NCBI GenBank assembly: GCA_965216675.1
Contig: CBDCGK010000004.1
Location: 2,055,692-2,119,691, forward strand
Reading direction: 5' to 3'
Length of the DNA: 64,000 nt
Origin: Acidimicrobiales bacterium
GTDB taxonomy: Bacteria; Actinomycetota; Acidimicrobiia; Acidimicrobiales; SZUA-35
Below the pieces are notes generated by a model that was not told the origin of the DNA, ran no database searches, and saw nothing but the letters and a program-made list of their open reading frames with translations. Positions 55,573 through 64,000 of the stretch are shown here, piece after piece (the stretch's first letter is position 1; every line of letters begins with the position of its first letter). Both the position numbers and the translations under genes were made by a program.

Positions 55573-56352
55573 TCACACGCTGCGGGCCACGAACACCATC
55601 TCCCGACCCGGCCGGTCCGGGGCGTCGCGAACGTCGTCGACCTCGAAACCGGCGGCGGCAAGATCGGCCCGGATCTCCGCCTCGCCGCGGAATCGAAGCG
55701 TCGAGTCGGAGACCAGGAGTTCATCGTCGTCGAAGTGGTAGCTGGAGCGGAACGTCACCAGCGGTGGCGCCACGGCGGTCACGTCGATCCAGTAGTCGAC
55801 CGATCCGCCTCCGGGTAGCCGATGGCGGCGATGCGTGAACTCCCTCGTCCATCCCTCCCAGGCCCGGACCGCCGGAACCCGGGTCTCGAAGACCAACCGA
55901 CCGCCGGGAGCGAGCGCACCGTGGATGCCGGCGAGGATGGCCGCCCACTGCTGGTCGGTGACGAACACCTGGGCCACGTTCCCGGTCATGACGGCCAGGT
56001 CGACCTGGAGCGCCGATGGGAGATCGGTCACCGTGCCGAGAACCCAGGTCACCTTGTCGGCATGGGACTTGGTGCGGGCCACGGCCAGCGAGGCGGCGGC
56101 CGGATCAACGCCGACGACCTGGTGACCCAGCGAGGCCAGGAGGGTGGCCAGCGACCCGGTGCCGCAGCCGACGTCGAGAACGCTGTGGGCCCCGAACTCG
56201 GTGGCGGCGGCGATGTAGAGGTCGAGATCGTCGCGGGCGCCGTCGACCAGGTCGTAGACGGCGGCCAGACGGGGATGGGCGAAGCAGGCATCGGGAGCAG
56301 CGAAGTCGTCGAATTCCTCGCCGGCCGTCAGGTCACCGGTCATGACACTCAC
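55573..56352 (-). CDS. Class I SAM-dependent methyltransferase
   Basis: Motif I VLDVGCGTGSLA. Confidence 0.85.
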   Translation of the reverse strand: MSVMTGDLTAGEEFDDFAAPDACFAHPRLAAVYDLVDGARDDLDLYIAAATEFGAHSVLDVGCGTGSLATLLASLGHQVVGVDPAAASLAVARTKSHADKVTWVLGTVTDLPSALQVDLAVMTGNVAQVFVTDQQWAAILAGIHGALAPGGRLVFETRVPAVRAWEGWTREFTHRRHRLPGGGSVDYWIDVTAVAPPLVTFRSSYHFDDDELLVSDSTLRFRGEAEIRADLAAAGFEVDDVRDAPDRPGREMVFVARSV

Positions 56353-56393
56353 CGTAGGTGAAGGGGTCGCCGGACACCGGGTAAAATCGGGTC

Positions 56394-56837
56394 ATGGCTT
56401 CGAATGTCGAGTCGTCGGTGGTGGCCTGCCCGTCGTGTGGCACGAAGAATCGGACGCCGGTGGCGGTCAGCGGACGCCCCCGCTGCGCCAAATGCCACGC
56501 CGATCTACCGTGGCTGGTCGACGCCACCGATGCCACGTTCAGCGACGCCATCCGCACCAACCGCCTCGTGCTCGTCGACCTGTGGGCGCCGTGGTGCGGA
56601 CCGTGCCAGATGATAGCCCCGATCCTGAAGAAGCTGTCGGTCGACTACAGCGACCGGCTGAAGGTGGTCAAGGTCAACGTCGACGTGAACCCGCAGACGT
56701 CGATGGACTACCGGGCCCAGAGCATCCCGATGATGGTGTTCATCCACAAGGGCGAGACGCTGGAAACGGTCATCGGCGCCCATCCCGAACCGGCGATGCG
56801 CCACAAGATCGATCAGCATCTCGCCGCCATCGGCTGA
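56394..56837 (+). CDS. trxC: Thioredoxin 2-type thioredoxin with an N-terminal zinc-finger
   Basis: CPSCGTKNR...RCAKCH followed by the WAPWCGPCQ active site. Confidence 0.9.
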   Translation: MASNVESSVVACPSCGTKNRTPVAVSGRPRCAKCHADLPWLVDATDATFSDAIRTNRLVLVDLWAPWCGPCQMIAPILKKLSVDYSDRLKVVKVNVDVNPQTSMDYRAQSIPMMVFIHKGETLETVIGAHPEPAMRHKIDQHLAAIG

Positions 56838-56858
56838 GCGGTCTCAGCCCGGCGTCGC

Positions 56859-57467
56859 TCACCGTTGCCGCCGGAGTAACTCCTGCCACTCGTGATCCGG
56901 CGGTAGCGCGTCGACGAGGAACGCCCGGCCGTCATCGGTGAGTTCCGGAATCACCTGCTCCGCGTCCAGGCGGTCCTTGGGTCGTACCGACGTCGACTTG
57001 AACAACAGCTGCAGCTCGGGCGCAAGGTAGGGCCGGCCGCCGGGTGCCTCCAGGACGGCTCGATCCCACGGCCACGCCACCGTCGGATCACGGCGGTAGC
57101 GCCACATTCTCCGGTCACCCTCGCCGATGGTGAGGTCGAGGTTCCACGGGCCGCCGCCCGGGCGGCGAACCCAGACGTTGTTGTGAGACCGACCGGCGTC
57201 GAGCGCCGACCCGTGCCACGGGGTGAGTCGTCCGGCGGCGGCGAGCCACAGATCCCATCCCGCGGTGGACAACCACCGGTGGACGACGACCGCGTCGGAG
57301 CGGACAACGCCGACGTCGATGTCGTCGTGGTCCCGCCATCGTCGGCCGAGATGAAGCTCGAGGGCGTGGCCCCCGGAGATCCACCAGCGGAAGTCCGCGC
57401 CGTCGAACAGCGCCACCACCTCGGTGAGATCGAGCGGCTCCCATGTCCCGAGATCGTCGGCGGTCAT
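56859..57467 (-). CDS. Nucleotidyltransferase-fold protein (aminoglycoside 2''-nucleotidyltransferase-like family)
   Basis: The start is set at ATG 57467 (MTADDLG). Sequence FRWWISGGHALELHLGRRWRDHDDIDVGV. The upstream part of ORF 56859..57863 looks non-coding. Confidence 0.6.
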   Translation of the reverse strand: MTADDLGTWEPLDLTEVVALFDGADFRWWISGGHALELHLGRRWRDHDDIDVGVVRSDAVVVHRWLSTAGWDLWLAAAGRLTPWHGSALDAGRSHNNVWVRRPGGGPWNLDLTIGEGDRRMWRYRRDPTVAWPWDRAVLEAPGGRPYLAPELQLLFKSTSVRPKDRLDAEQVIPELTDDGRAFLVDALPPDHEWQELLRRQR

Positions 57468-57536
57468 GGCCACCAGTGTGCCGCCCTGGTCGGGCGTGTG
57501 TTCGACAGCTGGAACCTTCAATGGTGAACTGGGGCG

Positions 57537-59087
57537 ATGAGCCCACAGAGTTTCGACTGGCTGGCCCACCACGCCAACGTCCGTCCCGACAAAGAGGCCG
57601 TGATCGATCTCGGCACCAAACGGCGGTTCACCTGGTCCGAGATCAACGACCGAACCTCCCGCCTGGCCGCCGCGCTGACCACCGAGTTCGGGGTCGGCGA
57701 CGGTGACCGGGTCGCGGTGCTGGCCCACAACAACTCCAATCTGTTCGAGGTGCAGTTCGCCTGTTGGAAGCTCGGCGCCATCATGGTCCCGCTGAACTGG
57801 CGCCTGGCGGTACCCGAGCTGGAGTTCATCGTCGGTGACGCCGCTCCGATCGTGATGATTCACGACGACTCGCAGGCCGGGGTCGCACAGCAGGTGGCCA
57901 AGACCTGCGGCGTCGATCGTCTCGTCAACTGGGACGGACCGTCATCGGACGAGGCGGCCCGCGTCGCCGACTACGAGGACCTGATCGTCTCGATCGAACC
58001 GATGGACGACCCGCTCGGTCCGTGGTTCCACGATCAGCCGGTCACGATCATGTACACGTCGGGCACCACGGGCCGGCCGAAGGGGGCCATCATCACCCAG
58101 GGGATGGTGCTGTGGAACGCGGTCAACTGCACCGAGTTCTTCCGGCTGGGCACCGATATGACCAACCTGGCGTTCCTGCCGCTGTTCCACACCGGCGGCC
58201 TCAACTGCTTCGCCAACCCGGCATTCCACTACGGCGGACGGAACATCATCATGCGCGACTTCGAACCGTCGCTGGCGCTGGACTACATGACCAATGCCGA
58301 CCACGGCGTGACCCACCTGCTCGGCGTGCCGGCCAACTTCCTGTTCATGAGCCAGGATCCGGCATTCGAGACGGCCACGTTCCCGACGGTCGACATCTGC
58401 AGCGTCGGCGGCTCGCCAACACCCGAGCCACTGATCGAGACGTGGGCGGCCAAGGGCCTGCCGCTCCAGCAGGCGTTCGGCATGACCGAGACCTCGCCGA
58501 TGGTGCTGTCGTTGACGCCCGAGTCGGCGACCACCAAGATCGGGGCGGCCGGCAAACCGGGCATGCACACCGAGGTACGCCTCGTCGACGAGGACGGTGT
58601 CGAGATTCACGAGCCGGGCGTGACCGGTGAGCTGTGGGTGCGGGGACCGAACGTGACCCCCGGCTACTGGAACCGCCCGGACGCCACCGCCGGGGCCATC
58701 ACCGACGGTTGGCTCCACACCGGCGACGCCGCCCGCCGTGACGACGACGGGTACTACTACATCATCGACCGCTGGAAGGACATGTACATCTCGGGCGGTG
58801 AGAACGTGTACCCCGCGGAGGTCGAGTCGGTGCTGTACCAGCTTCCCGAGATCGCCGAGGTGTCGGTCATCGGTGTGCCCGACGAGCGCTGGGTCGAGGT
58901 CGGCCGGGCCTGTGTGGTGCTGAAGGAGGGGGCCGAGCTGAGCGCCCAGGCGATCATCACCCACTGCCGGGCCAACCTGGCCCGGTTCAAGGTGCCCCAG
59001 TCGGTGGTCTTCCTCGACGAAATCCCCCACAACGCCACCGGCAAAGTGCTGAAGCGCGAGCTGCGCCGCCTCCACGGCGGCGGCTGA
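57537..59087 (+). CDS. AMP-dependent acyl-CoA synthetase/ligase (FadD-like)
   Basis: IMYTSGTTGRPKG, GELWVRGPNVTPGYW and HTGD motifs. Confidence 0.9.
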   Translation: MSPQSFDWLAHHANVRPDKEAVIDLGTKRRFTWSEINDRTSRLAAALTTEFGVGDGDRVAVLAHNNSNLFEVQFACWKLGAIMVPLNWRLAVPELEFIVGDAAPIVMIHDDSQAGVAQQVAKTCGVDRLVNWDGPSSDEAARVADYEDLIVSIEPMDDPLGPWFHDQPVTIMYTSGTTGRPKGAIITQGMVLWNAVNCTEFFRLGTDMTNLAFLPLFHTGGLNCFANPAFHYGGRNIIMRDFEPSLALDYMTNADHGVTHLLGVPANFLFMSQDPAFETATFPTVDICSVGGSPTPEPLIETWAAKGLPLQQAFGMTETSPMVLSLTPESATTKIGAAGKPGMHTEVRLVDEDGVEIHEPGVTGELWVRGPNVTPGYWNRPDATAGAITDGWLHTGDAARRDDDGYYYIIDRWKDMYISGGENVYPAEVESVLYQLPEIAEVSVIGVPDERWVEVGRACVVLKEGAELSAQAIITHCRANLARFKVPQSVVFLDEIPHNATGKVLKRELRRLHGGG

Positions 59088-59117
59088 TCATGACGGTCGC
59101 CGCGTAAGGTTGGTCAG

Positions 59118-60026
59118 GTGGAGGCCTCGAATCCCGACAAGATCATCTTCCCGAAACCCGGGTACACGAAGGCGGACCTCGTCGGCTACTACGACAAGGT
59201 CGCCGAACACATGCTGCCGATGCTCCTCGAACGGCCGCTGACCCTGCACCGGTTCCCCAACGGTGTCGGGGCCAAGGGTTTCATGCAGAAGAACGTGGCC
59301 AAACACTTCCCCGACTCCATCGGCCGGTTCGAGGTTCCAAAGCAGGAGGGCGGCACCACCGTCTACCCGGTGGTGACCGAGGCCGAGCACATTCCGTGGC
59401 TGGCCAACCAGGGCACGATCACGTTCCACATCTGGACGTCGAGGATCGGCGATGAGTCACCGGACTGGATGGTGCTCGATCTCGACCCGTCGACCGCCAA
59501 AGACGCCGCCGACGTGCACCAGGTGGTGCTCCTGGTGCGCGACGTCCTTGCCGAGTTCGATCTCCATGCCGTACCGGTGGTCACCGGATCCAAGGGGTTC
59601 CACCTCTGGATTCGCCTTGCCGGCGACCGGGATCAGCGCCAGGTCGCCATCGCCAACCGGGCCCTGGCCGGTCTGGTCGCGGCCCGCCATCCGACGACGG
59701 CAACCACCGAGTTCCTGAAGAAGGATCGGAAGGGGCGGGTGTTCGTCGACTGGCTGCGGGCCAATCGAGGCGCCACCGTGGTGGCCCCGTTCTCGCTGCG
59801 GGCCACGACGACGGCCTCGGTGGCGGTACCGGTCGACTGGGACGAGGTTGCCGACGTGACGCCCGATCAGTGGACCCTCGCCGACGTCGATACCGTGCTG
59901 GCCCGTCCGAACCTCGACATCCGGGCGGAGCCACGACCGCTCCCGGTCGACGACATCGTCGCCACGGCTCGGCGAGAGGGCGTCGATCTCGACACGCCGT
60001 TCGACCGGTTCGGCCGAAAACGCTGA
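59118..60026 (+). CDS. ligD: Stand-alone LigD-type polymerase/primase domain protein (NHEJ)
   Basis: DKIIFPKPGYTKADLVGYYDKVAEHMLPMLLERPLTLHRFPNGV and VFVDWLRAN, typical of the LigD Pol domain. GTG start. Confidence 0.8.
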   Translation: MEASNPDKIIFPKPGYTKADLVGYYDKVAEHMLPMLLERPLTLHRFPNGVGAKGFMQKNVAKHFPDSIGRFEVPKQEGGTTVYPVVTEAEHIPWLANQGTITFHIWTSRIGDESPDWMVLDLDPSTAKDAADVHQVVLLVRDVLAEFDLHAVPVVTGSKGFHLWIRLAGDRDQRQVAIANRALAGLVAARHPTTATTEFLKKDRKGRVFVDWLRANRGATVVAPFSLRATTTASVAVPVDWDEVADVTPDQWTLADVDTVLARPNLDIRAEPRPLPVDDIVATARREGVDLDTPFDRFGRKR

Positions 60027-60058
60027 CCGATCCGTCGGCGGACGCCGATCAGAAGACG

Positions 60059-60946
60059 TCAGAAGGAGGCGGCGAGGGCGGCGACTGATGCGTCGGCACC
60101 ACTCTCGATGGGATCGCCATGGCCGACGAGCAGGGTGTTGAAGGTCATGGCCGCCAGGGTCGTGATGCTGTCGCGGGCCAAGGTGACGTCGGCGGTGAAT
60201 CGAGCGGGCGGCTCGGCCGCCTGGCCGGCGTCGATGGTCAACGCATCGCCGGCGATGAGCAACCCGGTGCCCCGGTCGATGACCGACATCGATCCCGGGG
60301 TGTGCCCGGGGGTGGCCAACACCTCCATCCCGAACACATCCTCGCCGCCCACGAGGCCCGTGACGTCCGCGTCGATCCCGCCGAGGTCGGCCTCACCGGC
60401 ATAGGCGGTGGCGTTGACCGCCATCGCCAGCACGTCACCGATCGAGCCGACGTGATCATCGTGGTTGTGGGTCAGGATCACGCTCTCGACGTCGTTGTAG
60501 TTCAGGCCCAGCTCGGCCAACGACTCGCCGATCGTGTCGGAGCTCCCGGATCCACCGGTGTCGACGATGGCGGCCCGGTTGCCGCGGGCCACCACGTAGG
60601 CCGAGACGAACCCGAGGTTGGCTCTCGACCAACGCAGGTCGCCGGCGGGGTCGGTGGCGTCACCGTCGGCCGGCGCGCTGTCCTGCCCATCACCGGGGTC
60701 GCCGGCGAGCGCCGTGGTCGAGGTGGTGCCCTCGTCGGGACTCGACGTGGCCGCGGTCGTGCCGCCCCCGTCCTCCGAGGAGTCGCCGTCGGAGCAGGCC
60801 GCGATCGCCACCGGAGTCAGGACGGCCAAGGCCAGCGCTCCGCCTCCGATGTCGCCGAGGAAGGCCCGCCGGGTGCGGAGCCTGGGTAGCGGCCGGATGA
60901 CGAGGCCGCGCTGCGTGTGGTCGTGATGATGGTGATGGCCGGACAT
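60059..60946 (-). CDS. MBL-fold metallo-hydrolase, Tat-signal lipoprotein with a His-rich extreme N-terminus
   Basis: HNHDDHVG (HxHxDH). N-terminus MSGHHHHHDH...TRRAFLGDIGGGALALAVLTPVAIAAC. Confidence 0.85.
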   Translation of the reverse strand: MSGHHHHHDHTQRGLVIRPLPRLRTRRAFLGDIGGGALALAVLTPVAIAACSDGDSSEDGGGTTAATSSPDEGTTSTTALAGDPGDGQDSAPADGDATDPAGDLRWSRANLGFVSAYVVARGNRAAIVDTGGSGSSDTIGESLAELGLNYNDVESVILTHNHDDHVGSIGDVLAMAVNATAYAGEADLGGIDADVTGLVGGEDVFGMEVLATPGHTPGSMSVIDRGTGLLIAGDALTIDAGQAAEPPARFTADVTLARDSITTLAAMTFNTLLVGHGDPIESGADASVAALAASF

Positions 60947-61025
60947 GGGGCAACGGTAGCCCAGCAGCTTTCGTAGCGGAACGCGAGGCGCAGCCTCGCT
61001 TTTTGCTACGAGACGTTGGGGATCG

Positions 61026-61838
61026 TCAGGTTATGAGGACGGGAGTGCCGAGAGGAACGCTTACGGCCAGCTGTTCGATGACCGAGTTCTCGATTCGGAT
61101 GCAGCCGTGGCTCACGTCGGTGCCCAACGACGACGGGTCGTTGGTGCCGTGCAACCCGATGATTGCGGTGTCGGCCCCGCCGAACGACTCCAGCACCTCG
61201 CTGAACCCCGACAGCCCGAACGCGTACGGACCATAGGGACCGGTCGGGTCCGGGGGTGCGAGCAACTCGAGAAGGTAGAAGTCACCCACCGGTGTCGGCG
61301 TGTCGCCCGTGCCGATCGCCACCTCTGTCTCGAGCCAGAGGGAGTTCTGGTTGAACACTCTGAGCGAGTAGGCGGAACGATCGATCTCGATCCGAAACGG
61401 GTTGTTGCTCAGGGCGACATCGGCTCGACGAACCCAGCCGGTGGTGCCGTTCGGCTGCACCGGGAGGTGGACGTGGACCCACTGGCCGTCGCCGGCTCCC
61501 CCGTCGACGGCCCGAAACACCAACGGCGAGCCGACGGCGGTCGGATTGGCGAACTCGGCCACCGCCGGCGACGACTCGTCGGCGTCGATTCGGGCGACGA
61601 CCGTCGGCGACGTTGCCGAGGCCACGACGGTGAATGGCGGCGGACCCTCCGCGAGGTCGGTATCGGCCGCGCCGGCCAGGTCTTCGCTGGCGCCGGATTC
61701 ACCGTCGGAGTCCTGCACGCTCTCACTGACCAGCCGATCGCCGGCCGAGTCGGCCGGCGTTGGGCCGGGGTCGGTCGCACACCCGACGGCCGCCAGCACC
61801 GACAACACGGGCAGGAGATGCCTGGCGACACGTGTCAT
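61026..61838 (-). CDS. L,D-transpeptidase (YkuD domain) lipoprotein
   Basis: VSHGCIRIENS catalytic motif. Signal and lipobox LSVLAAVGC. Confidence 0.85.
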   Translation of the reverse strand: MTRVARHLLPVLSVLAAVGCATDPGPTPADSAGDRLVSESVQDSDGESGASEDLAGAADTDLAEGPPPFTVVASATSPTVVARIDADESSPAVAEFANPTAVGSPLVFRAVDGGAGDGQWVHVHLPVQPNGTTGWVRRADVALSNNPFRIEIDRSAYSLRVFNQNSLWLETEVAIGTGDTPTPVGDFYLLELLAPPDPTGPYGPYAFGLSGFSEVLESFGGADTAIIGLHGTNDPSSLGTDVSHGCIRIENSVIEQLAVSVPLGTPVLIT

Positions 61839-61885
61839 CGGTGTCGGCGGTCGAGCGAAGACCGGAGTCTGGAACCGGGAAGGGA

Positions 61886-62365
61886 TCAGCCGGTGTAGGT
61901 CGGGTCGGCTGGAGTCGGGGTCGCCGGTTCGGCGTCGGTGAGGGCCTCACAGGTGACGGTGAGGCGTGAGCCCAGGCTGGTGGCACCGTCGTCACCCAGC
62001 ACGACGGCGGCCGAGATCGTGTCGCCAAGGGTGAGGGTTCCACCCTCGGTCGTGACGGCATCGGCGGTGTCCTCGATGCCGTCGATCGAAACCGACGAAT
62101 CACCACTGGTCACGACCAGCGTGTTGCCCGGGTGGACCGACTCGCCGTTGGTGACGACGGCCTCCACGGTGCAGGCCCGTCCGGCCAGTTCGTCGGCCAC
62201 GTCGGCCGAGCCCATAGCCACGCTCGAACCAACCTCTCCTGTGGCGTAGACCTCTTGAATCGGAATCTCGATGACGGTCTCCGGGTCTTCGGCCGAGACG
62301 GCCGTTCCGAACATCGAGAAAGTCACTGCAACCGCGCCGAGGGCGGCCATCTGGCGTACACGCAT
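61886..62365 (-). CDS. Secreted hypothetical protein
   Basis: The start is set at ATG 62365, giving the signal peptide MRVRQMAALGAVAVTFSMFGTAVSA. Two Cys. No family recognised. Confidence 0.45.
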   Translation of the reverse strand: MRVRQMAALGAVAVTFSMFGTAVSAEDPETVIEIPIQEVYATGEVGSSVAMGSADVADELAGRACTVEAVVTNGESVHPGNTLVVTSGDSSVSIDGIEDTADAVTTEGGTLTLGDTISAAVVLGDDGATSLGSRLTVTCEALTDAEPATPTPADPTYTG

Positions 62366-62561
62366 CCCATACCTCTTTGTCGTGGACCCCCGCAGAACAA
62401 GATCGGAGCGCAACACTCGCCCCACGTTGCGTGGTGCTCTGCTTGTTGCTGCTTAGGGGTGAACCTACCGGCAGAGTAGCACGGAACAGCCGACCTTCAT
62501 CGCGACGGAAAAAGAAGCTTGTGGGGCCGTAGAATGAAGGATTGCGAACCGGGAGGACAAT

Positions 62562-64000
62562 TTGGCGGAGGGACTGTTTGGCGGACGAGTAGCATTGGGC
62601 GAGGAACTCGGTCGCGGAGCGATGGGGGTCGTCTACAAGGCTGTTCTCGACGGCACCGACGTCGCCGTCAAGGTCCTCCATCCACACCTCACCTCGGATC
62701 TCGCCGTGGTCGGACGTTTCGTGCGGGAACACCAGGCCCTCAGCCGGATCGATCATCCCAACGTGGTGCGGGTGATCGAGCTCGTCGTCGACGACCCTCG
62801 CCTCGGCATCATCATGGAGTACCTGCGGCACCCCGACCTGGGTCGGGTGATCTCCACCGGGATCGACGCTCGCCGAGCAGTCAATCTGGCCGCCGGGATC
62901 GCATCCGGGGTCTCGGCCATTCACGATGCCCAGGTCGCCCACCGCGACCTCAAACCGGCCAACGTGATCGTGACCGAGGTCGTCGGCGACGACGGCCGGA
63001 TCTGCGAGGTTCCGAAGATCGCCGACTTCGGTGTGTCGCGGCTCATCGGCCAGTCGATCGTCAGTTCGTCGACGACCACGCTCGGCACGCCGCTCTACAT
63101 GTCGCCCGAGGCCACCGGAGGTTCGACACCCATCGGCCGCCCTTCCGACATCTACTCACTGGGCGTGATCCTGTTCGAGATGTTGACCGGCCATCCCCCG
63201 TATCAGGCCGAGGAGCCGATCGCCGTTGCCGTGGCCCACGTGAAGAGTCCGATTCCGGTACTGGGTGGTGTGCCCGATCAGCTCTCGGAGTTGTTGCAGT
63301 CGATGCTGGCGAAAGAGGCCGCCGACCGCCCCGACGCCGCCACCGTTGCGTCCGCCCTCGAGAATCTGGCGCCGATCACGCCGCCCGACCTCGAGCCGAC
63401 GGTGCTCAACGAGCCGGTCATCGATCTTCGAGATCCCACCGGACCCACCGACCGGCAATCCACCGGTGAAGGTTCCACCGGAAACGAGACCGTGTTCGGC
63501 CACGGAGGCCCGCCGGCGGTCCGATCCTCAGCCACCATTGTTGTCTCGAATCCCGGGCCGGTGGCGCCGTTCGAGACCGACGGGGCGGCAACTCGAACCG
63601 AACCGGGCGGGGGACACGGATCATTCGGCTACCCATCGGGCAACGGCGGCGAACAACGGCCGAGGTCCATCCTCGGCTACGGACCACCCGAGCGGCCCGG
63701 CACCGATCACGGTGGCGCCGCGCCGACGGCCGACACCGGCTGGGGAGGTACCACCGGCCCGTCCGGGCGTCCCCACCGGGATCTGGCACCGACGACTGCG
63801 GCGACGGTCGACCGCAGCCGCCTGCCCATCGCACTGGCGGCGCTGGCGTTGCTCATTCTCCTCCCGGCCGCGTGGTTCCTCTTCGGTCGCTCCGACTCCG
63901 GTTCGGCCGACGTCGGGGCGGGAACCACCGAAGCGGCCTTCTCGTTCATGCCTCACCTCGGGGCCAACGGACTCATCACGACCCGGCGCTGGGAGCTCGG
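62562..64000 (+). CDS. Ser/Thr protein kinase (5' part; continues past the window end)
   Basis: Absent from the ORF track because it has no stop in the window. In my translation of this frame, TTG 62562 lies 5 nt after GGAGG. The sequence reads LAEGLFGGRVALGEELGRGAMGVVYKA...VAVKVL...HRDLKPANVIV...DFGVSR...YMSPEA, then a Pro/Gly-rich linker and the TM LPIALAALALLILLPAAWFLFG. Confidence 0.85.
   Translation, partial: MAEGLFGGRVALGEELGRGAMGVVYKAVLDGTDVAVKVLHPHLTSDLAVVGRFVREHQALSRIDHPNVVRVIELVVDDPRLGIIMEYLRHPDLGRVISTGIDARRAVNLAAGIASGVSAIHDAQVAHRDLKPANVIVTEVVGDDGRICEVPKIADFGVSRLIGQSIVSSSTTTLGTPLYMSPEATGGSTPIGRPSDIYSLGVILFEMLTGHPPYQAEEPIAVAVAHVKSPIPVLGGVPDQLSELLQSMLAKEAADRPDAATVASALENLAPITPPDLEPTVLNEPVIDLRDPTGPTDRQSTGEGSTGNETVFGHGGPPAVRSSATIVVSNPGPVAPFETDGAATRTEPGGGHGSFGYPSGNGGEQRPRSILGYGPPERPGTDHGGAAPTADTGWGGTTGPSGRPHRDLAPTTAATVDRSRLPIALAALALLILLPAAWFLFGRSDSGSADVGAGTTEAAFSFMPHLGANGLITTRRWEL

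Noticed and set aside
1-64000. Mobile elements, prophage or an integrative island explaining the Tad/T7SS block.
   Set aside because: I saw no integrase, transposase, recombinase, tRNA attachment site or flanking direct repeats. Base composition looks uniform apart from short intergenic dips. I therefore cannot support a mobile-element call from this window.

Overview
High-GC (about 68-70% by eye), densely coding Actinomycetota-type chromosomal segment. I recognised no rRNA, tRNA, CRISPR array, transposase or integrase. There are five blocks. (1) 1-24.1 kb is a Wzx/Wzy-type exopolysaccharide cluster: several GT4/GT2 glycosyltransferases, two Wzz-like co-polymerases, a flippase, an O-antigen-polymerase-like protein, a NodB deacetylase, a sulfotransferase, an epimerase and two secreted polysaccharide-active proteins. 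It is interrupted at 5.9-10.9 kb by a form-I-type aerobic CO dehydrogenase operon (coxM-coxS-coxL) followed by an XdhC/CoxI-type gene fused to a YHS metal-binding domain. (2) 24.2-27.4 kb holds housekeeping enzymes. (3) 27.5-36.7 kb is a complete, translationally coupled Tad/Flp pilus operon. (4) 36.7-47.0 kb is a minimal type VII secretion-like module: a WD40 Ser/Thr kinase, a WXG100 protein, an FHA-like/HTH protein, a 1492-aa FHA-containing EccC/EssC-type triple FtsK ATPase, a small membrane protein, a WXG-fusion effector and an accessory protein. A satellite effector module sits at 52.4-54.7 kb (accessory paralog, WXG-HExxH toxin, lipoprotein). (5) The rest is metabolic and cell-wall genes, plus a second Ser/Thr kinase that runs off the window end. 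The strongest non-obvious signal is a perfect 12-bp palindrome, GGGATCGATCCC, present exactly four times. Each copy lies exactly 25 nt upstream of a TANNNT -10-like hexamer. The four copies precede the Tad operon, the WXG100 gene and both WXG-effector modules, which suggests one regulon coupling pilus, secretion system and toxins. All functional calls are from reading motifs in the translations; no database search was possible.
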